From a virus (lineage: Duplodnaviria > Caudoviricetes), in IMG/VR virus record IMGVR_UViG_3300034356_000431, positions 1 to 25,002 of that record: DNA of 25,002 bases; one strand, given 5' to 3'. This document shows, one piece after another, positions 17,755 through 25,002 of this stretch (positions within the stretch are counted from its first letter, which is position 1; every line of letters starts with the position of its first letter). The position numbers and the translations under genes were made by a program. Below the pieces are notes generated by a model that ran no database searches, had not been told where the DNA came from, and saw only the letters and a list, made by a program, of their open reading frames with translations.

Positions 17755-19646
17755 GGTTTCACCTTCTTGTCAAACTTGCGGTAGATCGCCAGCAATACGG
17801 GGTGGATCCGGTAGTGCTCACTCTCTGGCATCCCCATGTAGATCGCGAATGTTTCGGCGATATACTCTTTGTCGTTAGTGTTGCCATAGACCGAAACTAG
17901 CAGATCCCACCCAGTTTTGCGCGGCCTCTCTTGCAAAAGAAATGCGTTGATCTCTGCTCCTATGCGGACGTCGGTCAAATGGATGACATGCCCGTATTCA
18001 TGGTAGACAGTCGACTTCGTTGTCACATCATTATCGCTCGACGTCACGTCAACAGTCCAGTTGTATGGCGGACCATTCCCCGCCTCCATTTGTTTAACTC
18101 TGTCGCGGACGCGCTGGTCTATTGAGACCCCCGCTGCCGGGTATAATAAGGTGCTCTCTCGTTTTTTCCGGTAAGTCTCGGCATTCTTCTTGCCAATCGC
18201 CGCCCACTTCTCCGCGCCCTGCCCGAAGCCCGAGGTCGGGATGTGAAAGAGCCCTTTGTTGCCGGTCTGCGAATCTGAGATCGTGGAGTAAATCGCGGCG
18301 AGCGCGTTCTTCGGTCCTCTGATCGAAGAGTAAAACCGTTTCACGTTGCCAAACGCTGCCAGCGGCTTGAGCCCGAACCGCTCCACGACCTCCTGCATCG
18401 CCGGAAGCGCGACGTTGAGCGCCGCTAAGGTCGTGCCCTTCAGATCCACCCGGCCCGCAATACCGCTTGACGTCACATAGGTTTCAATCTGGGCCAGAGA
18501 TTTGAGCGGCTGGTAGGTCTCATAGGCAAACACGGGCGCGAGGGCCGCTGGAGGGGCGGCCACGGGTAACGGAGTGGGTGATACGCGCACAGGTGGTGGA
18601 GGCGCTGGCGGTGCGACTGCAGGCCCGTCTAGCCCTGGTATAAGACCGCGAGAGATGATGCGCGCGAAGACAGCGCATCGGCATTGGATCGTATTCGCGG
18701 CAACCGCGCTGGGATCGCCGGGATAGAGGATCGGACCGAGCGGGCTCGTGAATGTCTCGGCCTGCCCGACGCCGCGCGGGTTCAGGCTCGGGATCTGAAC
18801 GTGCGAGTTGCGGACGTGCCCGTCGCCGGTGTTGATCCACGTCCTGCGGATCTGCCGAGCGTCGATCTGCCCCTTGTTGATCATGTCCTGGAAGAGCTCC
18901 CACTGCGCCCCTTGCACGGCGCGGATGCTCTCGGTCCGGGCGATGACGTTCGCTCGGTACTTGATGTATCGGTCGCGATAACGATCAACCAGCGATCGTA
19001 CTTGCGCATCGGTGAGCGCCTTGTCGTTGCGGATCGCGCGCCCGACGGATGCGTCGCTGCGTCGATCGCGGAGCTTGCGATCCAGCGCCTCCGGGTCGAG
19101 TGCCCGCAGCATCCGCTCATAGTTCGATACCGCCGCCTCTTGCCTGCGCGTGAGCCCGATAGATCCACGGATCCGGCGCGCGATTGCAAACGGATCGTCG
19201 CCCGCAGTCGTGCCCGATTGGAGCACCTGCCGGATCGTGTCGCGCGTCGTCTGGTCGATCTCGCGGATGCGCGTCGATGTGAGCGTGATCGCGAACTGCT
19301 CAAGGCGCGGGTTCAACCCAACCGCGATCTGGAAGTCCTCTTGCGCGCCGTTTACAACACCTTGCGTGTCGCTGGTGGCCTTTACGCCTGCGAGGACGGC
19401 CTGTTGGATCGCTGCCCCGTAAGGTTGCCACTCGGTCGACGTGAAGTGTCCCGCAAAGGCGTTCTCCAGCGAGACGAAGTCGCGCCTTTCGATCATCCGG
19501 GCAATCTGCTCGGCCGGGACGCGGGTCCGGATCTGCTCGATCGCCGCGATGAACGCCCGCGCGATCTTCGGATCCATGCCTTCCGCCGCCCGCAAGAAGA
19601 CGGCCACCGCATCCGAGGCGGTCATCTTGCGCAGGACGGCGTTCAT
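17751..19646 (-). CDS. MuF minor head protein with a C-terminal zinc metallopeptidase domain
   Basis: RANVIARTE, W...DGHVR.SH, YPGDP and CRC MuF motifs; Pro-rich linker; HEYGH (17988-18002) and SVYGNTNDKEYIAETF. Confidence 0.85.
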   Translation of the reverse strand: MNAVLRKMTASDAVAVFLRAAEGMDPKIARAFIAAIEQIRTRVPAEQIARMIERRDFVSLENAFAGHFTSTEWQPYGAAIQQAVLAGVKATSDTQGVVNGAQEDFQIAVGLNPRLEQFAITLTSTRIREIDQTTRDTIRQVLQSGTTAGDDPFAIARRIRGSIGLTRRQEAAVSNYERMLRALDPEALDRKLRDRRSDASVGRAIRNDKALTDAQVRSLVDRYRDRYIKYRANVIARTESIRAVQGAQWELFQDMINKGQIDARQIRRTWINTGDGHVRNSHVQIPSLNPRGVGQAETFTSPLGPILYPGDPSAVAANTIQCRCAVFARIISRGLIPGLDGPAVAPPAPPPPVRVSPTPLPVAAPPAALAPVFAYETYQPLKSLAQIETYVTSSGIAGRVDLKGTTLAALNVALPAMQEVVERFGLKPLAAFGNVKRFYSSIRGPKNALAAIYSTISDSQTGNKGLFHIPTSGFGQGAEKWAAIGKKNAETYRKKRESTLLYPAAGVSIDQRVRDRVKQMEAGNGPPYNWTVDVTSSDNDVTTKSTVYHEYGHVIHLTDVRIGAEINAFLLQERPRKTGWDLLVSVYGNTNDKEYIAETFAIYMGMPESEHYRIHPVLLAIYRKFDKKVKP

Positions 19647-19671
19647 GCGGCGATGTCCAGTGCGAGGAACC

Positions 19672-21033
19672 TCATTCCGGAACTCCTTGGTCTAGAGGCG
19701 CATCAGGTGATCCGAGCAGATCCGGATCAATCGCCTTCTCGGGGAACCCAGCGGCGCGCCGGATCGTGTTTTCTGTGTCGTCGTCGGGGAAGAGCGGCAT
19801 CCCAGCGCCCGCGATGTCGCGCACGAACGCGCCCAGCTCGGCCAGATCCACAGGGGCGATCTCGCCAAACCCGATCTTGGGCATGACCTCGGGGTCGAAC
19901 CCGTTGATCTCCCAAAGGCGTGGCAAGAGCTGTCGATTAAGCACGGACGAGATCGCTTCGGTGTAGCCGCTCGCAGCAGCGAGGAACAAGTCCGTCTTGC
20001 TCTTCGAGAGCGCGAACGACCCGGTATCGCCACCGCCGAGCATCAGGAAGTCCGCCAGCACCGACCGCGCAATGTTCTGCTGGTGCCGCAGGATCACATC
20101 CCCGGTCGGGATCGCCCGATTTCCTTGCGCAGTCACGAGCCCGAACTCAACCATCGGGATTGAGGTCTTCGTGCCGTCGTCGTTCTCGTAGACGTCGGAC
20201 GGGATCAGGATGAAACCCTGGTCGTTGAATTTGACGTCGCGCAAGATCTTCTTGAATGCGTTGGTGAATCCCTGCTGCGCCGCGCTCGCGCTTTCCCCGA
20301 GGTATTCTGATGGGATTTTTCCAACCGGGATCCCGTTCATCTCGCGCTCGACCGCGATCGCCTCGATCATCTGGATATGCGATGCGTAATGGTAGGAGGT
20401 GAAGGCGTTGCGGAGGATCGATCGGCCGCTCGGGTCGTTGTTCACGGTCGATGTGCGGAAGTGCAGCATCTTCGAAGCCGGGATGTCGACCGATCCAAGC
20501 TTGAGCGAGAGCGCGCTCTGGCGCACGCCGGTGATCGTTCCGTTCTCGTCCGTGAGGAAACGGTCTATCGTCCACTGGGCGCGCGGCGCCAGCTTCCGGA
20601 TCCCGTAGCGGCCGTCGTCAAACTGCGAATAGCGCGTCGGGTCGTCGGTTTTGCGTCCGGATCGGGTCTTGTAGACCACCTCAAAGACCGCGAACCCAAA
20701 CGGGAGAAACGTCAGCACCTCGGCCAGGAAGTCGTCTGTCGTCCCATCCATGTCATCGAAGCATTGCTCGACGAAGACCTGCGCCTCCTTTGCCTCTGGG
20801 CTGTCGTCTGCTGCCTCAACGCGAAACTCTGCCGCGCGCAAGAGCATCTCGAACGCCATGAGGATCGCGCCGATTGTCGGGTCGTTGTCTTTCATCTCGC
20901 GAAACGTTCGCGTCGCGTTGATTCCCCGGAGCTTCGGGAGAAACTCGTCCGGGCGGAGCTGATCGTCCCGGCCGTAGTTACCGGCGGCGCCGAGCTCTCG
21001 GGTTGCCGTCGCCTTCATTGGTGCTTTTGCCAT
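19672..21033 (-). CDS. Portal protein (DUF935/Mu gp29-like)
   Basis: 453 aa after terL; FGFAVFEVVY, PSGRSILR, GSFALS, LNRQLLP..WEING motifs. Confidence 0.88.
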   Translation of the reverse strand: MAKAPMKATATRELGAAGNYGRDDQLRPDEFLPKLRGINATRTFREMKDNDPTIGAILMAFEMLLRAAEFRVEAADDSPEAKEAQVFVEQCFDDMDGTTDDFLAEVLTFLPFGFAVFEVVYKTRSGRKTDDPTRYSQFDDGRYGIRKLAPRAQWTIDRFLTDENGTITGVRQSALSLKLGSVDIPASKMLHFRTSTVNNDPSGRSILRNAFTSYHYASHIQMIEAIAVEREMNGIPVGKIPSEYLGESASAAQQGFTNAFKKILRDVKFNDQGFILIPSDVYENDDGTKTSIPMVEFGLVTAQGNRAIPTGDVILRHQQNIARSVLADFLMLGGGDTGSFALSKSKTDLFLAAASGYTEAISSVLNRQLLPRLWEINGFDPEVMPKIGFGEIAPVDLAELGAFVRDIAGAGMPLFPDDDTENTIRRAAGFPEKAIDPDLLGSPDAPLDQGVPE

Positions 21034-23414
21034 CAGACCGGCCTCGCTTTATTGCCCACATGATCCCCGATCACGAACAGACCGGCCTTCTTCTGCCGCT
21101 TGGGAGCGACGGCATTAAAGCCAGAGCTCGCAGCGTCTGCCTGATCCTTATACACGCCTCTTGGGAAATGTCGAAGCTCCTCGATGAAATCTCTGTTCCA
21201 CGCCCCGATCACGACGTCGACGTTCCCCGCCTCGATCTGCGCCGCGAGCGGCTCGGCCCGAGTCTCCTTGGACCCGCTCTGCGGTTCGATCCGCACGCGA
21301 TAGCCAGCGAGCCTGACGGTGAAGTCGCGCGCCTGCGCCTTTCCCGCCTGCCCTGGATCCTGCGGCAGCGAGATCGGAACGTCGTCGCCGTCAAACTCGG
21401 CAGCATCTGCGACCATCTTTCGCACGCCGTCTGGCCCAAGTCGCCCGCGCTTGACGTCCGCGATGATGACCCGGCGGGCCTCGACGCGCCAGCCGACCAG
21501 AACGCCTGCGGTGTAAGCGCCTGCGCCGTCCGTCGCTGCCAAGTCCCAAGCCCTGCACCAGTTGATCTCCTCGTCGGGCACGGCGTTGATCATCCTGATG
21601 TTGTCGACTTTGAACAAGCCGCCTTCGCGCGGCGTGGGGCGCTGCTCAAGTTGCGCGGAGGATGCGTATGGGCCGAGCGTGTGGACCAGATCAGCCACTG
21701 CCTGCGCCGAGAAGCGCGCGGGCCACATGAGATCACCGTCCTGCGTGCGAGGATCCTTCCAGCCGATCGAGGTCGTGCGTGATCTCGCGCTGTCGTAGTG
21801 CATCGGGATCATGAGGTGCTCGTATCCCTGCTCGATCGCCGCTGCGGCGACGTCCTCGTGGTGCACACGCTGCATGATCGTGACGAATGCGCTGCGGTCC
21901 AGATCGTTCACGCGGCTTGGTACGACCTCGCGGAACCATTGCAGCGTCTCACCGCGGATCGCGTCGCTCTCGGCCTCGAGGATGTTGTGCGGATCATCTA
22001 TGCAGTTGCTGACAATACATCCACTTCCTGCTATGAAGTTATTGTTATCAGCAACAGTCAGGCAGAAGGTTTCATCAACATGACCCACATGGATAACACT
22101 GAGTGGCGTAGTATTCCCGGCATGGAGGGGTTTTACGAAGTCTCCGAAACAGGCCTCATCCGCAGCCTCTCGCGCATCGCCAAGCGAGCGCATACCGGCG
22201 ACTACACGGTCAGAGGCAAAGTGCTCAGCCTGTCCTTGGATGGTCGGGGGTATTTGCGCTGCGCGGGGTCGCTCGGATGCGCCGCCAAACGAGTGATGAT
22301 CTGGTCCCATAGTGCGGTCGCCGCAGCTTTCATCGGGCCTCGCCCGGAATGTCACGATGTCAGGCACCTCGACGGGAACGCCCTCAACAATCATGTCAGC
22401 AACATCGCGTATGGGACGCGGGCCGAGAACGTCGCCGACTCCAAGCGGCATGGCACATTTAACCCCCGAGTGACCCGAAAACTGACCCGTGCCCAAGTGA
22501 TCAACATTTGCAAGCGCCACGACCTCACCGCCAAAGTGGCTGCTAAGGAGTTTGGGTGTAGTGAAACATACATCGCCGCAATTCGATCTGGGGTTTACTA
22601 CAGGGAACTGACCGAGGGTGTGCGGCTCCCGCACTACCACCGCGCTCGGAAGGGAATGTCGCGCAGTCAAAGCGGAGGCAGGGCAATCGCCGCCCCCGAG
22701 TAACGGAAACCTGTGATCGTCGGTTGTGCGCACGGACGCGCCGTCCTTGAGCGTGGTGCGCACAACCTGCCCCCCCGGATTGCGGAATAGCTGGGTGACT
22801 GGCTTCAATTCGATCGCGTGCGTTTTGCGGTTGAAGGACCAGACACGCGAACCAATCAATACATCCCGGATAGGAACGCACCCGTTCTCCGCCCAGACGA
22901 CTTCATCACCGGGCAGGCAAAACACGTCCCCGCGCTCGCCAGTCGCGCGCCCTCTGACCGATGTCGCCATCATTGATCCGGTCTCGGTGTTCGCGAAGTT
23001 TACCTTTTGCGCCTGGTCATCCGACAGCCGCACGCGCGGGAATAGACGCTGATAGAGCGGGCTCTCGACGATCATCTTGGCGCGCCGATTGTCACGCGCT
23101 GCGAGCGCCTCGGCGTAGGACGCGCCGATATACCGGAGCGACGGCTGCGCAATCCAGCTCCACGTCGGCCAGAATGCGCGCGTGAGGAGCGATTTCATCG
23201 AACCAGGCGGGACCGTGATCAGTAGCTTGCGGATCTCGCCCTTGGTGACCGCCTCAAGGTGCTCGGCGATCGCCTCGATTGGCCAGCCGGTGACGAGCTT
23301 GCGGCCAGGTTCGAGCACCGGCCAGAACGTCTGGGCGAAGTAGAGCACCGACCTGCGGCATAGCTCCGCCTCAATTAAGTCGCGATCCGCCGTCGTGATC
23401 TTGGGGAGCTGCAT
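21033..23414 (-). CDS. terL: Terminase large subunit, intein-containing (793-aa precursor, 488 aa after splicing)
   Basis: Walker A region VPPGSMKS; Walker B TGERGDVF|CIDDPH split by the intein; IMQRVH coupling motif; nuclease motifs AWDLA and DQADA. Confidence 0.95.
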   Translation of the reverse strand: MQLPKITTADRDLIEAELCRRSVLYFAQTFWPVLEPGRKLVTGWPIEAIAEHLEAVTKGEIRKLLITVPPGSMKSLLTRAFWPTWSWIAQPSLRYIGASYAEALAARDNRRAKMIVESPLYQRLFPRVRLSDDQAQKVNFANTETGSMMATSVRGRATGERGDVFCLPGDEVVWAENGCVPIRDVLIGSRVWSFNRKTHAIELKPVTQLFRNPGGQVVRTTLKDGASVRTTDDHRFPLLGGGDCPASALTARHSLPSAVVVREPHTLGQFPVVNPRSNCGDVCFTTPKLLSSHFGGEVVALANVDHLGTGQFSGHSGVKCAMPLGVGDVLGPRPIRDVADMIVEGVPVEVPDIVTFRARPDESCGDRTMGPDHHSFGGASERPRAAQIPPTIQGQAEHFASDRVVAGMRSLGDAREAADEACFGDFVKPLHAGNTTPLSVIHVGHVDETFCLTVADNNNFIAGSGCIVSNCIDDPHNILEAESDAIRGETLQWFREVVPSRVNDLDRSAFVTIMQRVHHEDVAAAAIEQGYEHLMIPMHYDSARSRTTSIGWKDPRTQDGDLMWPARFSAQAVADLVHTLGPYASSAQLEQRPTPREGGLFKVDNIRMINAVPDEEINWCRAWDLAATDGAGAYTAGVLVGWRVEARRVIIADVKRGRLGPDGVRKMVADAAEFDGDDVPISLPQDPGQAGKAQARDFTVRLAGYRVRIEPQSGSKETRAEPLAAQIEAGNVDVVIGAWNRDFIEELRHFPRGVYKDQADAASSGFNAVAPKRQKKAGLFVIGDHVGNKARPV
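22009..22037 (+). promoter_or_regulatory. Candidate sigma70-type promoter for the antisense endonuclease
   Basis: CTGACA (22009-22014), 17-nt spacer, TATGAA (22032-22037) preceded by TG at 22029-22030; in an AT-richer patch 42 nt before the ATG. Confidence 0.45.
22080..22703 (+). CDS. NUMOD4-HNH homing endonuclease with a C-terminal HTH, nested antisense inside the intein (207 aa; alternative start 22089)
   Basis: EWRSIPGMEGFYEVSETGLIRS...GY (NUMOD4); HSAVAAAFIGPRP...VRHLDGNALNNHVSNIAYGTRAEN (HNH); KLTRAQV...VAAKEFGCSETYIAAIRSG (HTH). AGAAGGT at 22064-22070 precedes ATG 22080. Confidence 0.9.
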   Translation: MTHMDNTEWRSIPGMEGFYEVSETGLIRSLSRIAKRAHTGDYTVRGKVLSLSLDGRGYLRCAGSLGCAAKRVMIWSHSAVAAAFIGPRPECHDVRHLDGNALNNHVSNIAYGTRAENVADSKRHGTFNPRVTRKLTRAQVINICKRHDLTAKVAAKEFGCSETYIAAIRSGVYYRELTEGVRLPHYHRARKGMSRSQSGGRAIAAPE

Positions 23415-23886
23415 CTGCGATCGCCTTTGACAGTTCGAGGAGTGCCTCGGTTGAGAGCTTGGATAAGTCGACCGTCTGGATCGGCCCGCCGGCTGCGCCG
23501 CTGATCTCGACCTTCTGCGTCTCCGACCAGCGCATCTGCGTCTTGGTCCACCAGATCATCGCGGTCGTGTCGCCCTTCAGTGCCTTGTTGAACAATGCGT
23601 TCGCGATCTTCCAGCCCGTTTCGGCCTTTCCCTCATCAAGCTCGACGCGGAAGTGCTCGGCCAGCGTGTCGATCCCGATCCCCTTCTGGCGGACGAGCAT
23701 CCGGATCTGGTGCTGCGGCAGCCCGAGCCCGGAGAGCTTGCGGACGAGCTTTCGATCCGCGTCGGTCGGGACGAACGGAGGACGCCCTGCTCCGGGCTGC
23801 GCTCCGCCTGAGACGCCTGCGCCTGGCTTCGGCCCGCGAGGCTTGCGGACCTTTTCTGCTTTCGTTTTTTCTGTTTGGTCCGTCAT
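23371..23886 (-). CDS. terS: Terminase small subunit
   Basis: GGAQPGAGRPP, HTH-like segment, ELDEGK, LFNKALKGDTTAMIWWTKTQMRW motifs; overlaps the terL start; GGGAG RBS. Confidence 0.85.
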   Translation of the reverse strand: MTDQTEKTKAEKVRKPRGPKPGAGVSGGAQPGAGRPPFVPTDADRKLVRKLSGLGLPQHQIRMLVRQKGIGIDTLAEHFRVELDEGKAETGWKIANALFNKALKGDTTAMIWWTKTQMRWSETQKVEISGAAGGPIQTVDLSKLSTEALLELSKAIADAAPQDHDGGSRLN

Positions 23887-23958
23887 CTTCCGTCTCCCGT
23901 GCGTTACCGATATTTTGCCGCATGATACGCTAAAAGCGCGGCCTTCGCCACGCAGTCG

Positions 23959-24165
23959 TCAACGATCTGCGCCGGGTCGTGCCGGAGGTGCGGGCATTGG
24001 CATCCAGTGCGTTGGATTTGTGATGGTGTAGGGCCACCATGCGCCGCCGTCGAAGTCCTCCCAGAACCCCGCGTCGACGATGTATCGCGATTGCGCCTCG
24101 GACCAAGATGCGATGAGGATCGTCCCGACGATTGGTGCTGTCTCTATTGGATGCCATTCGCTCAT
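23959..24165 (-). CDS. DUF551-like small phage protein (68 aa)
   Basis: WHPIETAP...PTHWMPMPAPP signature; ATG 24165 overlaps the upstream TGA. Confidence 0.78.
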   Translation of the reverse strand: MSEWHPIETAPIVGTILIASWSEAQSRYIVDAGFWEDFDGGAWWPYTITNPTHWMPMPAPPARPGADR

Positions 24166-24461
24166 GCTGTGATCCTCTCCTGATGCAGACAATGGTGGCA
24201 GATCACGTCTGCCTGGGTTGCGCTGATGATCCTGACCACGAGGCAGGGCTCATCTGATTTTTCCCGCCACGGGCTGCACGTCGGGCATGGCTGGCGATGG
24301 TAGGTTGCGGCTGGCTGCGGAAAGATGCCGTGATAGCCCAGTTCGACCATGATAGGCCAAAACGCGGGCGCTACAGCGTCAAGTTGCCCTTGGGTGGCCG
24401 GATGTAGCGGCGCGGGGCTGTGTGGCCCCTCCTGTGCGCTCTGGTGGCCGCTGTGGGTCAT
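24162..24461 (-). CDS. Small zinc-ribbon protein
   Basis: CPTCS...CL...CHHC; ATGA overlaps at both ends. Confidence 0.65.
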   Translation of the reverse strand: MTHSGHQSAQEGPHSPAPLHPATQGQLDAVAPAFWPIMVELGYHGIFPQPAATYHRQPCPTCSPWREKSDEPCLVVRIISATQADVICHHCLHQERITA

Positions 24462-24877
24462 GGTTGCACCAAAGCTGAAAGGATGCGCGATTCATAGTCG
24501 GCTTGGGCTGCAGCTTGGGCTTCCGACATGGACGCAACGTCTTGCGGCTGGATAATGATCGGATCTTCATGATCGCCAAGTTCGAGGCTGGCAAAGAACG
24601 CGCCAATCTCGTCATCCCATTGCGCAAAATAACAGCCCCAAGGCGTTTTGGCGCAAAAGATGTTCCCTTCGTATTGTTTCCACTCAAGCGGCTTGACCTT
24701 TGGCGCATCCGACACTTGCATGGCTGCAGTCAGGCTGCCGATGATGTTCAATGCGGCTCGGTGCGTCAGGGGCACGGCGCAGAACTCCGCCCCGTTGCGC
24801 CAGACGTGCAGCACGGGTCCCGGCCGTATGGTGACGATGTTCTGCCAGTCGGCTTTGGTCGTTTCGCCGTGGCTCAT
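24458..24877 (-). CDS. Hypothetical phage protein
   Basis: 139 aa; coupled by ATGA overlaps; VKPLEW...EAQAAAQADYESRILSAL segment resembles small phage accessory proteins. Confidence 0.65.
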   Translation of the reverse strand: MSHGETTKADWQNIVTIRPGPVLHVWRNGAEFCAVPLTHRAALNIIGSLTAAMQVSDAPKVKPLEWKQYEGNIFCAKTPWGCYFAQWDDEIGAFFASLELGDHEDPIIIQPQDVASMSEAQAAAQADYESRILSALVQP

Positions 24878-25002
24878 GCTTGCACCCCGGCCATTTCCAG
24901 CACTTCGCGGTATTTCATGCCGTACATGGTGGACACATCACCGAGGCGCTTGATCGGGTTTTTGGCCGCCAAGGCCCGCTTGATCGCGTCCGACAGTCCG
25001 GG
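24874..25002 (-). CDS. Hypothetical protein, 5' end truncated by the window edge
   Basis: Open frame PGLSDAIKRALAAKNPIKRLGDVSTMYGMKYREVLEMAGVQA*, whose TGA overlaps ATG 24877. Confidence 0.55.
   Translation of the reverse strand, partial: PGLSDAIKRALAAKNPIKRLGDVSTMYGMKYREVLEMAGVQA

Larger units (their letters stand above)
22005..22919 (-). mobile_element. Intein (305 aa, TerL residues 166-470)
   Basis: Block A CLPGDEVV, block B TTDDHRF (TxxH), block F ETFCLTVADNNNFIAG, terminal SN followed by Cys+1. Removing it restores GDVFCIDDP. Confidence 0.93.
1..25002 (-). mobile_element. Tailed phage/prophage morphogenesis module (siphovirus-like)
   Basis: Canonical order terS-terL-portal-MuF-protease-scaffold-capsid-neck-tube-chaperone-tape measure-tail tip-fibre, co-oriented with many overlapping stop/start codons. 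No sheath gene. No integrase or att site in the window, so free phage versus prophage cannot be decided. Confidence 0.97.

Noticed and set aside
18684-19886. 400-aa + strand ORF
   Set aside because: In-register antisense shadow of MuF and the portal end, expected in high-GC DNA; no motifs.
21798-22079. N-terminal 94 codons of the 301-aa + strand ORF
   Set aside because: In-register shadow of TerL with no motif; the NUMOD4 motif and RBS point to ATG 22080 or 22089. It also shows that an open antisense frame alone is not evidence of a gene here.
22005-22919. Group I intron or insertion sequence as the explanation for the terL insertion
   Set aside because: The insertion is in frame and stop-free, with all intein splicing blocks; no terminal repeats or transposase.
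5830-23424. Recurrent GCGATCGC (cyanobacterial HIP1-like)
   Set aside because: About ten copies, explicable by Ala-Ile-Ala codon usage in high-GC genes; other evidence points away from cyanobacteria.
23887-23962. Late promoter upstream of terS (TATCAT at 23927-23922; TTGACG at 23962-23957)
   Set aside because: The hexamers are about 29 nt apart and the correctly spaced -35 (TGGCGA) is poor; plausible but unsupported.
1-25002. CRISPR array, tRNA, diversity-generating retroelement, invertible fibre segment, intrinsic terminators
   Set aside because: No repeat-spacer pattern, cloverleaf, reverse transcriptase, recombinase or convincing hairpin plus U-tract was seen; intergenic gaps are very short.

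Overview
The window is a nearly complete packaging, head and tail module of a long-tailed (siphovirus-type) phage or prophage. The host is probably an alphaproteobacterium (GTA-like head-spike genes, scarce GANTC). All genes but one lie on the minus strand, reading right to left: small accessory ORFs, terS, terL, portal, MuF, XkdF-like protease, scaffold, decoration protein, capsid, head-tail joining proteins, tail tube, a low-GC head-spike cassette, a frameshifted tail chaperone, tape measure, tail tip proteins and a truncated fibre. The standout is a 305-aa intein in the TerL Walker B motif (22005-22919). It has no endonuclease in its own frame. Instead, an intact NUMOD4-HNH-HTH homing endonuclease gene lies inside it on the opposite strand (22080-22703), codon-for-codon in register, with a candidate promoter and RBS embedded in the intein C-terminal splicing block. 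The second highlight is a MuF protein with a C-terminal HExxH metallopeptidase, followed by an unlisted 57-aa coupled ORF that may be an immunity protein. All family calls come from motif recognition by eye, not database searches.
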